In this document: one piece after another, positions 27,582 to 40,106 of the stretch | How positions within the stretch are numbered: the stretch's first letter is position 1 | Layout: every line of letters begins with the position of its first letter | Assembly: GCA_964016885.1 (NCBI GenBank) | Contig: OZ024750.1 | Location: 14,756,001 to 14,820,000, forward strand | DNA length: 64,000 nt | Direction: 5' to 3' | Source: Eledone cirrhosa | Lineage: Eukaryota | Made by a program: the position numbers and the translations under genes | Notes under the pieces: model-generated | The model's database searches: none | Seen by the model: the letters and a program-made list of their open reading frames with translations, nothing else | What the model was told of the DNA's origin: nothing

Positions 27582-28974
27582 GTGATGATGACTACAATGA
27601 TGATGATGATGATGATGGTGATGAAACTATTATAATGTTCTAACACCTACATTTTTTTCAGTTGAAAATAAATGCCACTTTAGTCATGCATTAGTTATGA
27701 CCCATTCATTCATGATCACAAAATTACAATAATTCACACAAAACAACACAACATATATTGCAATGCTGTCTGTAATATACTCTATATATGATATATACTT
27801 TGTATACTCTATATTCTCTATATACTATATATACTTTATATAGTCTATATATTTTATATAGTCTATATACTTTATATACTCTATATACTCTATATACTTT
27901 ATATACTTTATATACTTTATATAGTCTACATGCTATATTATATATACTTTATATACTCTATATACTATATATGCTTTATATACTATATATACACTATATA
28001 CTATATATACTTTATATACTATACTACTCTCTATATACACTATATACTATATATACTTTATATACTATACTACTCTCTATATACACTATATACTATATAT
28101 ACTTTATATACTATACTACTCTCTATATACTCTATATACTATATATATTCTAAATACTGTTGAGTATGTCATCTATCAGAAATTTGACCCTTTAACATTT
28201 ACATTACTCTATATATACTATTATATTTTCACGGTAAAGGCTTTATCTCACATAATTATCTCACATAATATCTAATCTATGAGATTTTCATATTATTTAT
28301 TTTGAGAACAATACCTTAACATCAGTATGAGCAGCCAGTTACATCCAGTTTGAACAGAAAGAGGTGACAGATTTCTGGCTGGATATAGCTGGTTTAAATA
28401 CTAAAGGGTTAAAGGATCAATCCTCACAGAAATTCTTGACAGTAAATCTATATAGTTAAGACAAATACTACAGAAATAGTAGCTAATTACCTTTGAAAAG
28501 CCTCTACACAGACACTCTTGTATTTTAAGGGTCTTGTAGATTTGAAGCAGCAGATTGTGTTTTAAGGGTCTTATAGGCTTGAAGCAGCAGGTTGTGATTT
28601 TAATGGGCTTCTATGAAACTCTAATTTCTGGTCAGAAATTATGTGTGTGATGCAACTAGATGGTAAGTCAACCAGTGATTTTATGTTTTCTACAAAAATA
28701 ATTGTTTCTACTTTTGGCACAAGGCCAGCAATAACCCAGTGCATTACTGGTACTTTATTTTATCGACCCCGTAAGGATGAAAGGCAAAGTTAACCTCGGT
28801 GCGATTTGAACTCAGAATGGCAAGGGCCGTAACTCTATGCGTCAAAGCATGGCGTCCGACCCTCTACTGTTACTGCCAATTCAAAATTAAATGTACCCTA
28901 TAACTTGTTTATATATCAATGTATTACATATGCATATAAATACACACACACACACACGCACACACACACACACA

Positions 28975-29017
<43 letters not shown>

Positions 29018-29404
29018 TATACATATTTATACTTACACACTTGTGTGTGTGTGCATGTATGGCATATACATATAAATATGTATGTCTGTGTGTGTGAGTA
29101 TATATATATATGTGAGTGTGTGTATGTATGTGTGTGTGTGTGTGCATCTATGTATGCATGTATGTTTGTATATATATATATATATATGTATCTATGTATG
29201 ATATATATATATGTATGTGTGTACAATACATGCCATGCTGGATTTCTCATTTAGATGAGTAAATTAACAGGAATGAAATCAACTCTGGAATGTAATCACA
29301 GCCATTGAATCTGTTTAAAATGTTGTAAATGTAATTAGTTGACTATTTTTAAATGGAGTTTTAAGTTATATTACCAACAGAGTCAAAAGTCCTTTCATCC
29401 ACAG

Positions 29405-29928
29405 TTAACACCACCGCCACCATCACTATCACCACCACCACCATCATCACCACCATCACCACCATCACCACCACCACCACCATCACCACCACCACCACCA
29501 TCACTATCACCACCACCACCACCACCACCACCATCACCACCATCACCACCACCACCACCATCACCACCATCACCACCACCACCACCACCACCACCATCAC
29601 TATCACCACCACCACCATCATCACCACCATCACCACCACCACCACCACCATCACCACCATCACCACCACCACCACCACCACCACCACCGCCACAAACACC
29701 ACCACCACAAACACCACCACCACCACCACCACCACCACCACCATCACCATCACCACCACCACCACCACCATCACCACCACCACCACCAGCACCACCACAA
29801 ACACCACCACCGCCACCACCACCACCACTACCACCACCACCACTACCACCACCACCACCACCACCACCACCACCACCACCACCACCACCACCACAAACAC
29901 CACCACCACCACCACAAACACCACCACC

Positions 29929-29960
<32 letters not shown>

Positions 29961-30840
29961 CAACAATAACTATAACATCAACAATAATATCAACAACACC
30001 ACCACCACTACCACCATCACTGTCAACAACAACATCAACAGCAGCAGCAACACCACCAACAACAACAACAATAACATCAACAACAGCATCCCCCCTACCA
30101 TCGTCACCACTACCAACATCATCAACAACAGAAGCACCACCACCTTATCAACAACAACGACAAGAATATCAACAACAGCACCTCCACCCTCTACCACCAC
30201 CACCACCAACAACAACAACTACAACAACAACAACAACTACAACAACAACTACAACAACAATAACATCAACAACAACACCACTATCTTCACCACAAACAAA
30301 ATCAACAACACAGCAGTAGCAGCACCCAACTACAAACAACATCACCACCACCACCATCACCACCACCACCACTACCACCACCACGACGACCACCACCACT
30401 ACCACCACCACCACCACTACCACCACCACTACAAACAGCATCACCACCATCACCACCATCACCACCACCACCACTACCTCCACCACCAACACCACCACCA
30501 CCACCACAAACATCACCACCACCACCACTATCACCACCACTACCTCCACCACCAACACCACCACCACCACCACCACCACCACTACCTCCACCACCACCAC
30601 CACCACCACCACCACCACCGTCACCACCACCACCACCACCACCACCACCACCACCACCACCACCACCATCACCACCACCACCACTACCACCACCACAACG
30701 ACCACCACCACTACCACCACCACTACCACCACCACTACAAACAACATCACCACCATCACCACCATCACCACCACCACCACTACCTCCACCACCAACACCA
30801 CCACCGCCACCACCACAAACAACAAGAACTACAACATCAA
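29405..30840. repeat. (CCA/CAA/TCA)n trinucleotide low-complexity tract
   Basis: About 1.4 kb of imperfect ACC repeats; source of the poly-Pro/Thr/Val ORFs. Confidence 0.95.
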
Positions 30841-31127
30841 CAATATACTCAATATGATTTTATAGTTGAGATAGAATACTACATCAGTCAGCCAGACCTC
30901 CTATATTAGCATTGAATACTCAAATTGGTGAACCACCAGTAACGAAACATTGCACACAAATACACTACACACACACACATATATATGTGTGTGTGTGTAG
31001 TGTGTATGTGTATCCCGGGTTCAATCAGGGGTAACCACAGTAGGTAAGGTACTCAATACATAGCAGAGTATGAATATTTAATATAGAAATAGCTTCTACA
31101 GGACTAGAACTGTTTCATTTGAATGAA

Positions 31128-31438
31128 TGGATAACATCCATGAGCTTGGTTGGTCACGTTTGGGAATCCAGCCAGATCAGTTGGAGACGGTTGCTTCTGA
31201 CAGGATTTGCTGGGAGGAGTGTTTGAGGACTCTGCCTCAACGATCCTCTCAGGAAAAAGTGGAAGAAGAAGAAGAAGATATATGAAATTTTATTAATTTT
31301 ATTTCCAATCAGAGTTGTTGTTGTTTTTTAAATCCACCTTTATTTCTAGTAATTTATCTATTTTCTAGGTATCATACTTGTTTTTGACCTTACAAATAAA
31401 AAATCCCATTCAAGCCTAAGAAAATGGTTAAATAAAGT
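31128..31438 (+). pseudogene. Duplicated fragment of RABL3 intron 3 (with RTE 3' end) plus the first 70 nt of exon 4
   Basis: Aligns by eye to 51159-51463; acceptor TTTTCTAG retained; encodes GIILVFDLTNKKSHSSLRKWLNKV versus GIILVYDLTNKKSHSNLRKWLNKV (3 nt differences in 70). Confidence 0.93.
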
Positions 31439-32890
31439 TGGAAACGGTTGCTTCTGACAGGACCTGCTGGAAGGAATGTTTGAGGAATCTGCCCCCACGA
31501 CCCTCTCGGGAATAAGTGGACAAAGAAAAACAAGAGAAGAAGAAGATATCAAAAGTACTGAAGTTATTCTATGTCATAACAGGAATGGTACTCAACAAAC
31601 TGAGAATTAAAAAAATATTCTAAATAATTATCTTGCAGGTGTGTAATAACCAAGAATAATCGCAGAGTTCTGACAACACAGAAGGAAATTTGTATTAATG
31701 CTTGACATCAGAAGGAATTTTTAGAAATTGCTTTACGGTTGAGCCCACATAAAACAAGTAAATTTGATTGATAATGGTCATCAGCTAAACAGAAATGTTT
31801 AGATGTCATTAGACACTCCTGTGTTGCTAAGGATTGTCAACAGGAAGTAATCTATCCAATTTCCAGACAAAAATAAAACCAGTCAAAAACAAACAAGAAA
31901 ATTACAAGTTAATATCTATGATGTTTATCACCTCAAATGTAATTAATAAAATTGTCTCAAACAGCGTACCCTGCCACACACACATATACACATACACATT
32001 CCATTTCTCTAGAAACAAATTGCTAACAGAGCTTTAGAAAGTTTTAATTAGGCTTTAACCCTTTAGACATTACTCTATATTTACTATTATATTTTCATGG
32101 TTTGAGCAGCCACTTACGGTCGGTTTGAACAGAAAGATGTGAGAGAATCCTGGCTGGATATGGCCGGTTTAAATACTATAGAGTTAATGAGGCCACTCTT
32201 CATATCTTTCACAATAACACAGGCAAAAGATAGTGAACCAAGAAGACCAATACAACGTCTACAAAGCATCCATCATCCAGTGAAGCCAACTTCCAAAATT
32301 ACATCAAAATTAAGAAATTCACTAAATTCAAATTTTGGAGTCGACTACTTCTCAAAAATTGAGAGATTACAGCTCCGATACTATGAACATGATTAGAATG
32401 TCTCGGGGGAAAGAATCACTGGACAGATTTTATGGGCAAAACCAACCAGCAAGAGACCTAGGATTAGACCCCAAACAAGCTTGGCTGGATAAGTTAGAGA
32501 CGGTTGCTTTTGACAGGACTTGCTAGATGTGTTTGAGGTTTCTGCTCCCATGACCCTCTCAAGAATAAGTAGGTGAAGAAGAAGAATGAGTCGAGTAAAA
32601 ACTTCCTATAACATCATTAACAGAACATTCTCCAGAATCACAACCTTTAAATCTGGGTCAACTGAAGAACAGTTTTTAGATTTCTATGAATACTTTAGGT
32701 CCTACTAAAAAATATTCTTCATTGATTCAAAATGTCATAACAGAATTACAAACAGATTTTGAGATTTTAATTCCCTTGTTAGTCAATAGAGTTTAACACA
32801 TACATAATGCATATATGCATACATGCATACATACATACATACATAATGTATACATGCATACATACATATATACATATATACATACATATT

Positions 32891-32930
<40 letters not shown>

Positions 32931-33770
32931 GTAATAATAATAAAATTGAAGAGTAAAATCCAAAGAGGGCTCGATAAGGAAAATATATATCAAATATATA
33001 AGAACCGTAGAGCAAATATTTATTAAAATAACAGATTAAAGTTTAAGCAAAGAATCGCTGCTTTCACCCTTAACGGGATCTTTACTGAAACTAACAAAGT
33101 CAATCTGTAAACATCATCATTTTACGTCATATATATATATATATATGTATATAATGTGGTTGTGTAGGTGACACAGTAAAAAGCTCCCAGTCCACACTGT
33201 AAATGTGTTTGGTGTTAGGAAGGGCATCTAGCTGTAGAAAACCTGTCAGATAGTCCTATACGAGTGAGACACTTCCCGTCTAACCCATGCTAGTGTGGAA
33301 GATAGATGTTAAACGATGATGATGATGATGATAAGTAGTCGATAGCTTCTGTTACCTTGGTAACCTAATAAATTATAGCAGAGGTTTCACTAAAAGCATA
33401 GTAGCTTGAATGAGACCAAACCACGGTGGAGAAAGTTCCGGGAGCTATTACCTTTGTTGATAACAAAGGGATTCACTGTCCAAATGATGAGTAGATTATA
33501 GGATGCCTGTGTACAAAGTGCATTGTTGCATGCTAGCAAGTGGTGGTGGCAGTGGTAGCAGTGGTAGCAGTAGTGGTGGTGGTGGTGGTGGTGGGGGTAA
33601 CGGTAGTGGTGTTGGTGGCAGTGGTGGTGGTGGTGGTGGGGGAGCGGTAGTGGTGTTGGTGGTGGAAATGATGATGATAATGATGACAATGATGATGATG
33701 GTGATGATGATGATGATGATGATAATGATGACAATGATGATGATGATAATGATGACAATGATGATGATGG

Positions 33771-33805
<35 letters not shown>

Positions 33806-35278
33806 TGTACATTTGGTTAACTGCAATGTAACTTTCATTGACACATGAAATAAGATTCTAAATGACAACTGATGGTTTTAAATTCTATTTCTCCATGTAT
33901 GGGATCGACATACGTATCTACAAGAGTACACATACTTATATAAATGTTATACGGGTACATACATACATACATGTACACATACATGTACACATACATACAT
34001 GTACACATACATACATGTACACATACATACATGTATACATACAGATATACACTCATACATACATATATACATGCAGACATGAACACATACATATATGCAC
34101 ACATACATACATGCACACATACATACATGCACACATTTATGAACACCTACATGAACACGTACATGAATACATACATGCATGCATGCATATATGCACACAT
34201 ACATGCACACATACATACATGCATGCATATATGCACACATACATACATGCACACATACATACATACATGCATACATATATGCACACATACATATATGCAC
34301 ATACATACATACCTGCACACATACACACACAAAACACATACATAAAAACACATACACACACAAAACACATACATAAAAACACATACACACATACACTATT
34401 TGTGTGAGTGTTGCTATTTCATAATGATTTCTAATTTAGGCACAAGGCCAACAATTTTGATAAAGGGGAAAGTCGATTAAATTGAGCACAGTACGTTACT
34501 AGTACTTTATTTTATCGACCCCGTAAGGATGAAAAACAAAGCTAACCCCAGCAGGATTTGCACTCAGAAAGTAAAGAGCCGTAACACTATGCTATGAATT
34601 TATTTAGTATTATATATATATATATATATTTATTTAGTATTATTTAGTATTATTAGTACTATATATATATATATTTATAGTACTATTAGTGATGAAAAGG
34701 CATGACAGATCAATGAGATAACACACTGCAAACCACACCCCAAAAAATCAACTTGAACAGAGTTAAATCTGCCTGGGTTACTTCATTAAATGGTCTTCAT
34801 TTAGAACAGCCAAATATATTTAAGCTAACATTTTAGAAGGCTGGACGAAAGCTTACTTGTTTGTTTTGATGAGCTCTTAAAAATTAGCCTGACCTAACCT
34901 AAATAAAAAATATTATGAACAGCCAAATTTTTTTAGGTCAACATTTTAATTTGTAAAGATGAAACAAAGCTATATTCTTTGAAGAATAGTTAACTAAATC
35001 CATTTCAGCTTTTATCTATTCTTAATTAATTGAGGCAGAATTTTGTCAGGCCAACCTTTAGGTCCGAGCTAGTATTACATGTCAAGAATGAACGTAGTGT
35101 TCTCAGACATTTCTTGATTTCTTGTTGATGTAATAGTCTTGACAGTATGTAGTACATGGGTTGAGCCAGAATAGCCAAGTGCTACAAACAGCTGTGGTGC
35201 TTGATCTGAGAAATATGTAACACATGCAAGCTTGAAAAATAGACATTAAGTATTGAGGATGATAATGATGATATGTAC

Positions 35279-35351
<73 letters not shown>

Positions 35352-35352
35352 T

Positions 35353-35477
35353 TATGAAAAGATTCAGGACCCTGACCGCTGATATCTGGCCATCCCGACA
35401 GCTAGATCTGAACTCAGTTTGGATCTAACTGTCGGGATGGCCGGAGCTCAGCTGTCGGGGTCCTGAATCTTTTCATA
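35353..35477. repeat. 62-bp-arm palindrome inside an insertion flanked by (TA)n
   Basis: Centred on 35415; 54 Watson-Crick pairs, 4 G.T pairs and 4 mismatches by manual pairing; (TA)n at 35285-35350 and 35555-35578. Confidence 0.9.
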
Positions 35478-35761
35478 TTACCCACTCTACTACCACAAGT
35501 ATCAAGTATTCTGGTGGGTTTTGGTCCACCTGGTTTTTTACCACACCCTATCTGATATATATATATATATATATATATGTAATACATAATAAAATATTAA
35601 ATATAGTGAAGGTTATATGCAGTTGTATGAAAGTTTATTTCCATCATCATTTTCATCATCATTTCATTTTACGTCTGCCTTTTCCCTGCTTGCAAGGGTG
35701 GAACGGGAACTGATTCTGGCTTGATTTCTACAGCTGGATGCCTTTCCTAACACCAACCTAA

Positions 35762-36460
35762 TTTTACAGTGAGTGCTGGGTGCTTTTTTTTCTGTGGTGC
35801 CTACACGTCCACTTTACAGTGTGGGCTGGGTGCTTTTTTTTTTCTGTGGCGCCTACACGTCCACTTTACAGTGTGGGCTGGGTGCTTTTTTTTTCTGTGG
35901 CACCTACACGTCCACTTTACAGTGTGGGCTGGGTGCTTTTTTTTTCTGTGGCGCCTACACGTCCACTTTACAGTGTGGGCTGGGTGCTTTTTTTTTCTGT
36001 GGCACCTACACGTCCACTTTACAGTGTGGGCTGGGTGCTTTTTTTTTCTGTGGCGCCTACACGTCCACTTTACAGTGAGTGCTGGGTGCTTTTTTTTTCT
36101 GTGGCGCCTACACGTCCACTTTACAGTGTGGGCTGGGTGCTTTTTTTTTCTGTGGCACCTACACGTCCACTTTACAGTGTGGGCTGGGTGCTTTTTTTTT
36201 CTGTGGCGCCTACACGTCCACTTTAAAGTGTGGGCTGGGTGCTTTTTTTTTCTGTGGCGCCTACACGTCCACTTTACAGTGAGTGCTGGGTGCTTTTTTT
36301 TTCTGTGGCACCTACACGTCCACTTTAAAGTGTGGGCTGGGTGCTTTTTTTTTCTGTGGCGCCTACACGTCCACTTTACAGTGAGTGCTGGGTGCTTTTT
36401 TTTTCTGTGGCGCCTACACGTCCACTTTACAGTGTGGGCTGGGTGCTTTTTTGCCGTGGC
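35762..36460. repeat. 51-bp minisatellite (~13.5 copies) expanded inside a family-2 SINE (35640-36546, -)
   Basis: Unit CTGTGGCGCCTACACGTCCACTTTACAGTGTGGGCTGGGTGCTTTTTTTTT; the flanks continue seamlessly into the SINE tail (left) and SINE core (right). Confidence 0.95.
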
Positions 36461-36743
36461 ACCTCCACGACCACTTTGCAGTGGAATGATAGGGGCTCCA
36501 GTCCCTATCATCTCATTTTTACAGCTAAGTAAACTGGAGCAATGTGATATATATTTCACTGGGACCGATGACTATGTAGTGCCTTTCCTACCTAATCTCT
36601 TGACCCGAGCTTGTCACATGGTATATAAATATTTAAACAAACATTTTCAAACAACTTCAAAGTTTTTATGATGCTGCGAGAGGCCGCCGGTGGTTTGTGT
36701 TGTTGGTTCTACGTATGCTGGCTCCTGTATATATATATATATG

Positions 36744-36829
<86 letters not shown>

Positions 36830-37040
36830 AAAGTTTTATTTAAGATTGTTGGGTTACAACGAGTAAATATTTTATAACTGATATAAAAGCGCTCAACAGT
36901 TTATGTATGGTATTTTGTCTGAGGAAGGCATACCATATTTTTAATATGATATCCCAGAAATATATATAACGAAATAAATATGGTTTTATAAATATAGTTT
37001 CCATTTGTTTAATATCGTATATATATATATATTTTTTTTA

Positions 37041-37237
37041 TTTTATTTTATAGAAGGAGCTTCTACAGGACTAGTACTGTTTCATTCAGATGAAATCTTC
37101 AGGAAGCTCTGAAGATTTCATCTGAATGAAACAGTACTAGTCCTGTAGAAGCTCCTTCTATAAAATAAAAAATTTTTTACTCTGCCATGTATTGAGTACC
37201 TTACTTACTGTGGTTATCCCCGACTCAACCCGGGACC
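37041..37237. mobile_element. Penelope-type inverted terminal repeat fragment between (TA)n tracts
   Basis: 37041-37102 and 37109-37170 are perfect reverse complements, followed by a unique tail (TACTCTGCCATGTATTGAGTACCTTAC...CCCGGGA); an inverted, truncated relative lies at 31014-31127. Confidence 0.75.
37057..37109 (-). ncRNA. Type I hammerhead ribozyme candidate
   Basis: Minus strand: GAGCUUC-CUGAAGA-UUUCAUCUGAAU-GAAA-CAG-UACUAGUC-CUG-UA-GAAGCUC. Complete CUGANGA/GAAA/UH core, 7-bp helix I, 3-bp helix III capped by palindromic ACUAGU, GUA cleavage triplet. Confidence 0.75.
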
Positions 37238-37241
37238 TACG

Positions 37242-37273
<32 letters not shown>

Positions 37274-37659
37274 GGTTGTCCCTATAAAATGTATACACAC
37301 TTCAACAGCATCAACATCAAAGTATGTATACATTTTTGGGACACCCTCTCTCTCTATATATATATAAATATCATCATCATCATAATAATAATAATAATGA
37401 AATTATTGTGTACAGTGCTCAGGTGCACTACAACTCATCAAAGGTGCATGTATAGTACATAGAATAATGTACAAATGTCAGGAAAATAAACAGTGTATGA
37501 GTCATCCCCGTTTTATGTCCATTCTTCCACACTAGCTTGGGTTAGATAGGTTGTCCTGTTGTGGGCAATGCCAATGTATGTATGTATTATCACCATCATC
37601 CTCAATATTTAATGTCTATTTTCCTAGCTTACATGGGTTAGATATGCAGAAGACTTCAA

Positions 37660-38040
37660 TAAAAGATGATAGGATTTTTATCATCATGTCTGATGACTTC
37701 AATGGACATGTTGACCAGAACAAGGATGGCTACTATGGAGTTCACAGCAGCTATGGCTTGGATATGACTCAAGACTCCTAGAATTCAGTGATGCAAATAA
37801 CCTAATCATTTGCCAGACTTCAATAAATCAGCCAGCCTCCAACCAATCAGGCAAAAGTGTGAGCCAGATTGACTTCTTGTTCATTAGAAAATGGAATAGA
37901 CAGATGGCTATGAATGCAAAATCTTTTCCCAGAGAAAACTGTACAGCCAAACATAAATTAGTTATTAGTGATATCAGAATAAGAATCAAACAGCATCAGA
38001 AATGCAAGACAATCTGGAGAAGGAGGCTATGAAAGCTTAG
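37660..38040 (+). pseudogene. RTE LINE AP-endonuclease fragment
   Basis: DFNGHV, SQIDFL and QHKL motifs in order, with frameshifts. Confidence 0.75.
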
Positions 38041-38069
38041 GTTCAGAAAAGTACTATGTAATACATATA

Positions 38070-38575
38070 ATGAATGAAATTATTGTGTACAGTGCTCATG
38101 TGCAATACAACTCGTCAAAGGTGCATGTATAGTACATAGAATAATATACAAATGTCAGGGAAGTGAATAGTGTATGAGTGATGATATACATGTGTGTGTG
38201 TGTATGGAGGGGGAATATTAAGTGTAGTGTTGGCGAATCTCAGGAAGCATGGAGATTTTAAAGGATGCAGTGTTTCGACAGCTAATAACTGATGCAGGTA
38301 GTTTGTTCCATGCTTCAGCAACACTGAGTGTGAAAAAAATGTTTCTGAAAGTCATGGGAGCTGTGTTGTTAGACACGTAGAAATCAAAAAGGTACTCAGG
38401 GTTGTTGTTGGCAAGATGGTTAATAATTTTGTGGGTTTTTACCAAATCAGTTGCCAGACGTCAGAGCTTCAATGTATCCATACCCAGGGAAGCAAGGCGT
38501 TCAGAGTATAGTAGATGCCTGATGGAAGGTATTCGCTTGGTTGCACGACTCTGAACAGTTTCCAGGCGGTCAAGG
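38070..38575 (-). mobile_element. CR1-like LINE 3' end
   Basis: Minus strand FRNIFFTLSVAEAWNKLPASVISCRNTASFK matches the CR1 C-terminal WNxLP...FK pattern, followed by the 3' UTR also seen alone at 12430, 12570, 37382 and 52540. Confidence 0.8.
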
Positions 38576-39137
38576 GAGGAGATGATAGATAGATAGATAG
38601 ATATTACAAAGGGGTCAATAAGTAGTTTTGTGACAAACTGCTACAGACTGGTGACAATTTCTGTGGCTGGAGCAAAGTACCAGCCAGATTACGAGTGATC
38701 TGGCAGTGGAACAGCACTATAGATATGAGGTTTGTCCCAAAAGTAAGGGTACTTCTTTTCCTATGTACGACATGGTAACACAGCACCTCATTGATGTATG
38801 ACCTGTTGGTTATGACCTCGGCTTCACGTACATACTTGTTTAAACATGATCGATTGAGTCAATTGTGAGTTATTGTTGTTTATGTACAGACGGGTTTATA
38901 ACCTCTTATATTTGCAAAGCAGAAAAAATATTGAACATTAGTGTAGAGACAAGACTAAATAAAAACAAACATTTCAGATCATCAGCTACCCATTGAAGAA
39001 ATTAGTCTGTTTCTTAGTAGTAAATATAGTCAACCATAGTCTGAGAACCCTACTCTGGAGAAAAAGGCAAAAATAGGCTAGACACTGTCTGGAAATTATG
39101 AAATAAGATGACAGCCTCATACATACACATATGTATG

Positions 39138-39184
<47 letters not shown>

Positions 39185-39249
39185 GGGTAATACAAAATAT
39201 TACTCTTTCTTATTTATAATTGTATATAGATTATATATATAAGTTTAAA

Positions 39250-39316
<67 letters not shown>

Positions 39317-39465
39317 GCACGTATATATATATACATACATATATATATACATACATATATATATTATATATATTATATATATACACAATACGTGTATATA
39401 TATATGTGTGTGTATAAATATATATATATATACATTACATATATATATGTATGTATATATATATA

Positions 39466-39551
<86 letters not shown>

Positions 39552-39597
39552 CATAATATATATGTACATATATATATGTGTATGTGTGCGTGTATAT

Positions 39598-39642
<45 letters not shown>

Positions 39643-39647
39643 TATAA

Positions 39648-39729
<82 letters not shown>

Positions 39730-40068
39730 TTATTTATCATTCACACATAGTGGCAGATTTCTCAGGATGTAAACACTTCTTATTAAAAAAATCTCATTAA
39801 ATTTCAGTGGTATAAGGTTGCCGGAAAATAATTTCATTTGTCGGTTATTCTATTTTTCCAGACACAAGGCCCCAATTATTAAAATCTGTTTTTTTTTTAT
39901 TTGATTTTATATTTCTTTTACTTTATAAATCTGTTATTTATATCCTTATATGTAGACACCCAATCAGCATCATTGGTTGAAATATCAATAAAATCAACCC
40001 TATCTCTTTTAGTTTTGGTCTGTCATACCAATGCTGAATTTTGAAATGTCTTTTAACCAGACATGCAT

Positions 40069-40106
<38 letters not shown>

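Noticed and set aside
29339-30825. 326-aa proline-rich extensin/formin-like ORF and antisense poly-Val ORFs
   Set aside because: Pure (CCA)n microsatellite; the start is non-ATG, and there is no domain or splice support.
35769-36671. 300-aa and 252-aa repetitive ORFs
   Set aside because: Open only because the 51-bp SINE-derived unit is a multiple of 3 and lacks stops.
37109-37153. Second functional hammerhead on the + strand
   Set aside because: The core is present, but the inversion junction removes the 5' strand of helix I, so it cannot fold in cis as a canonical monomer.
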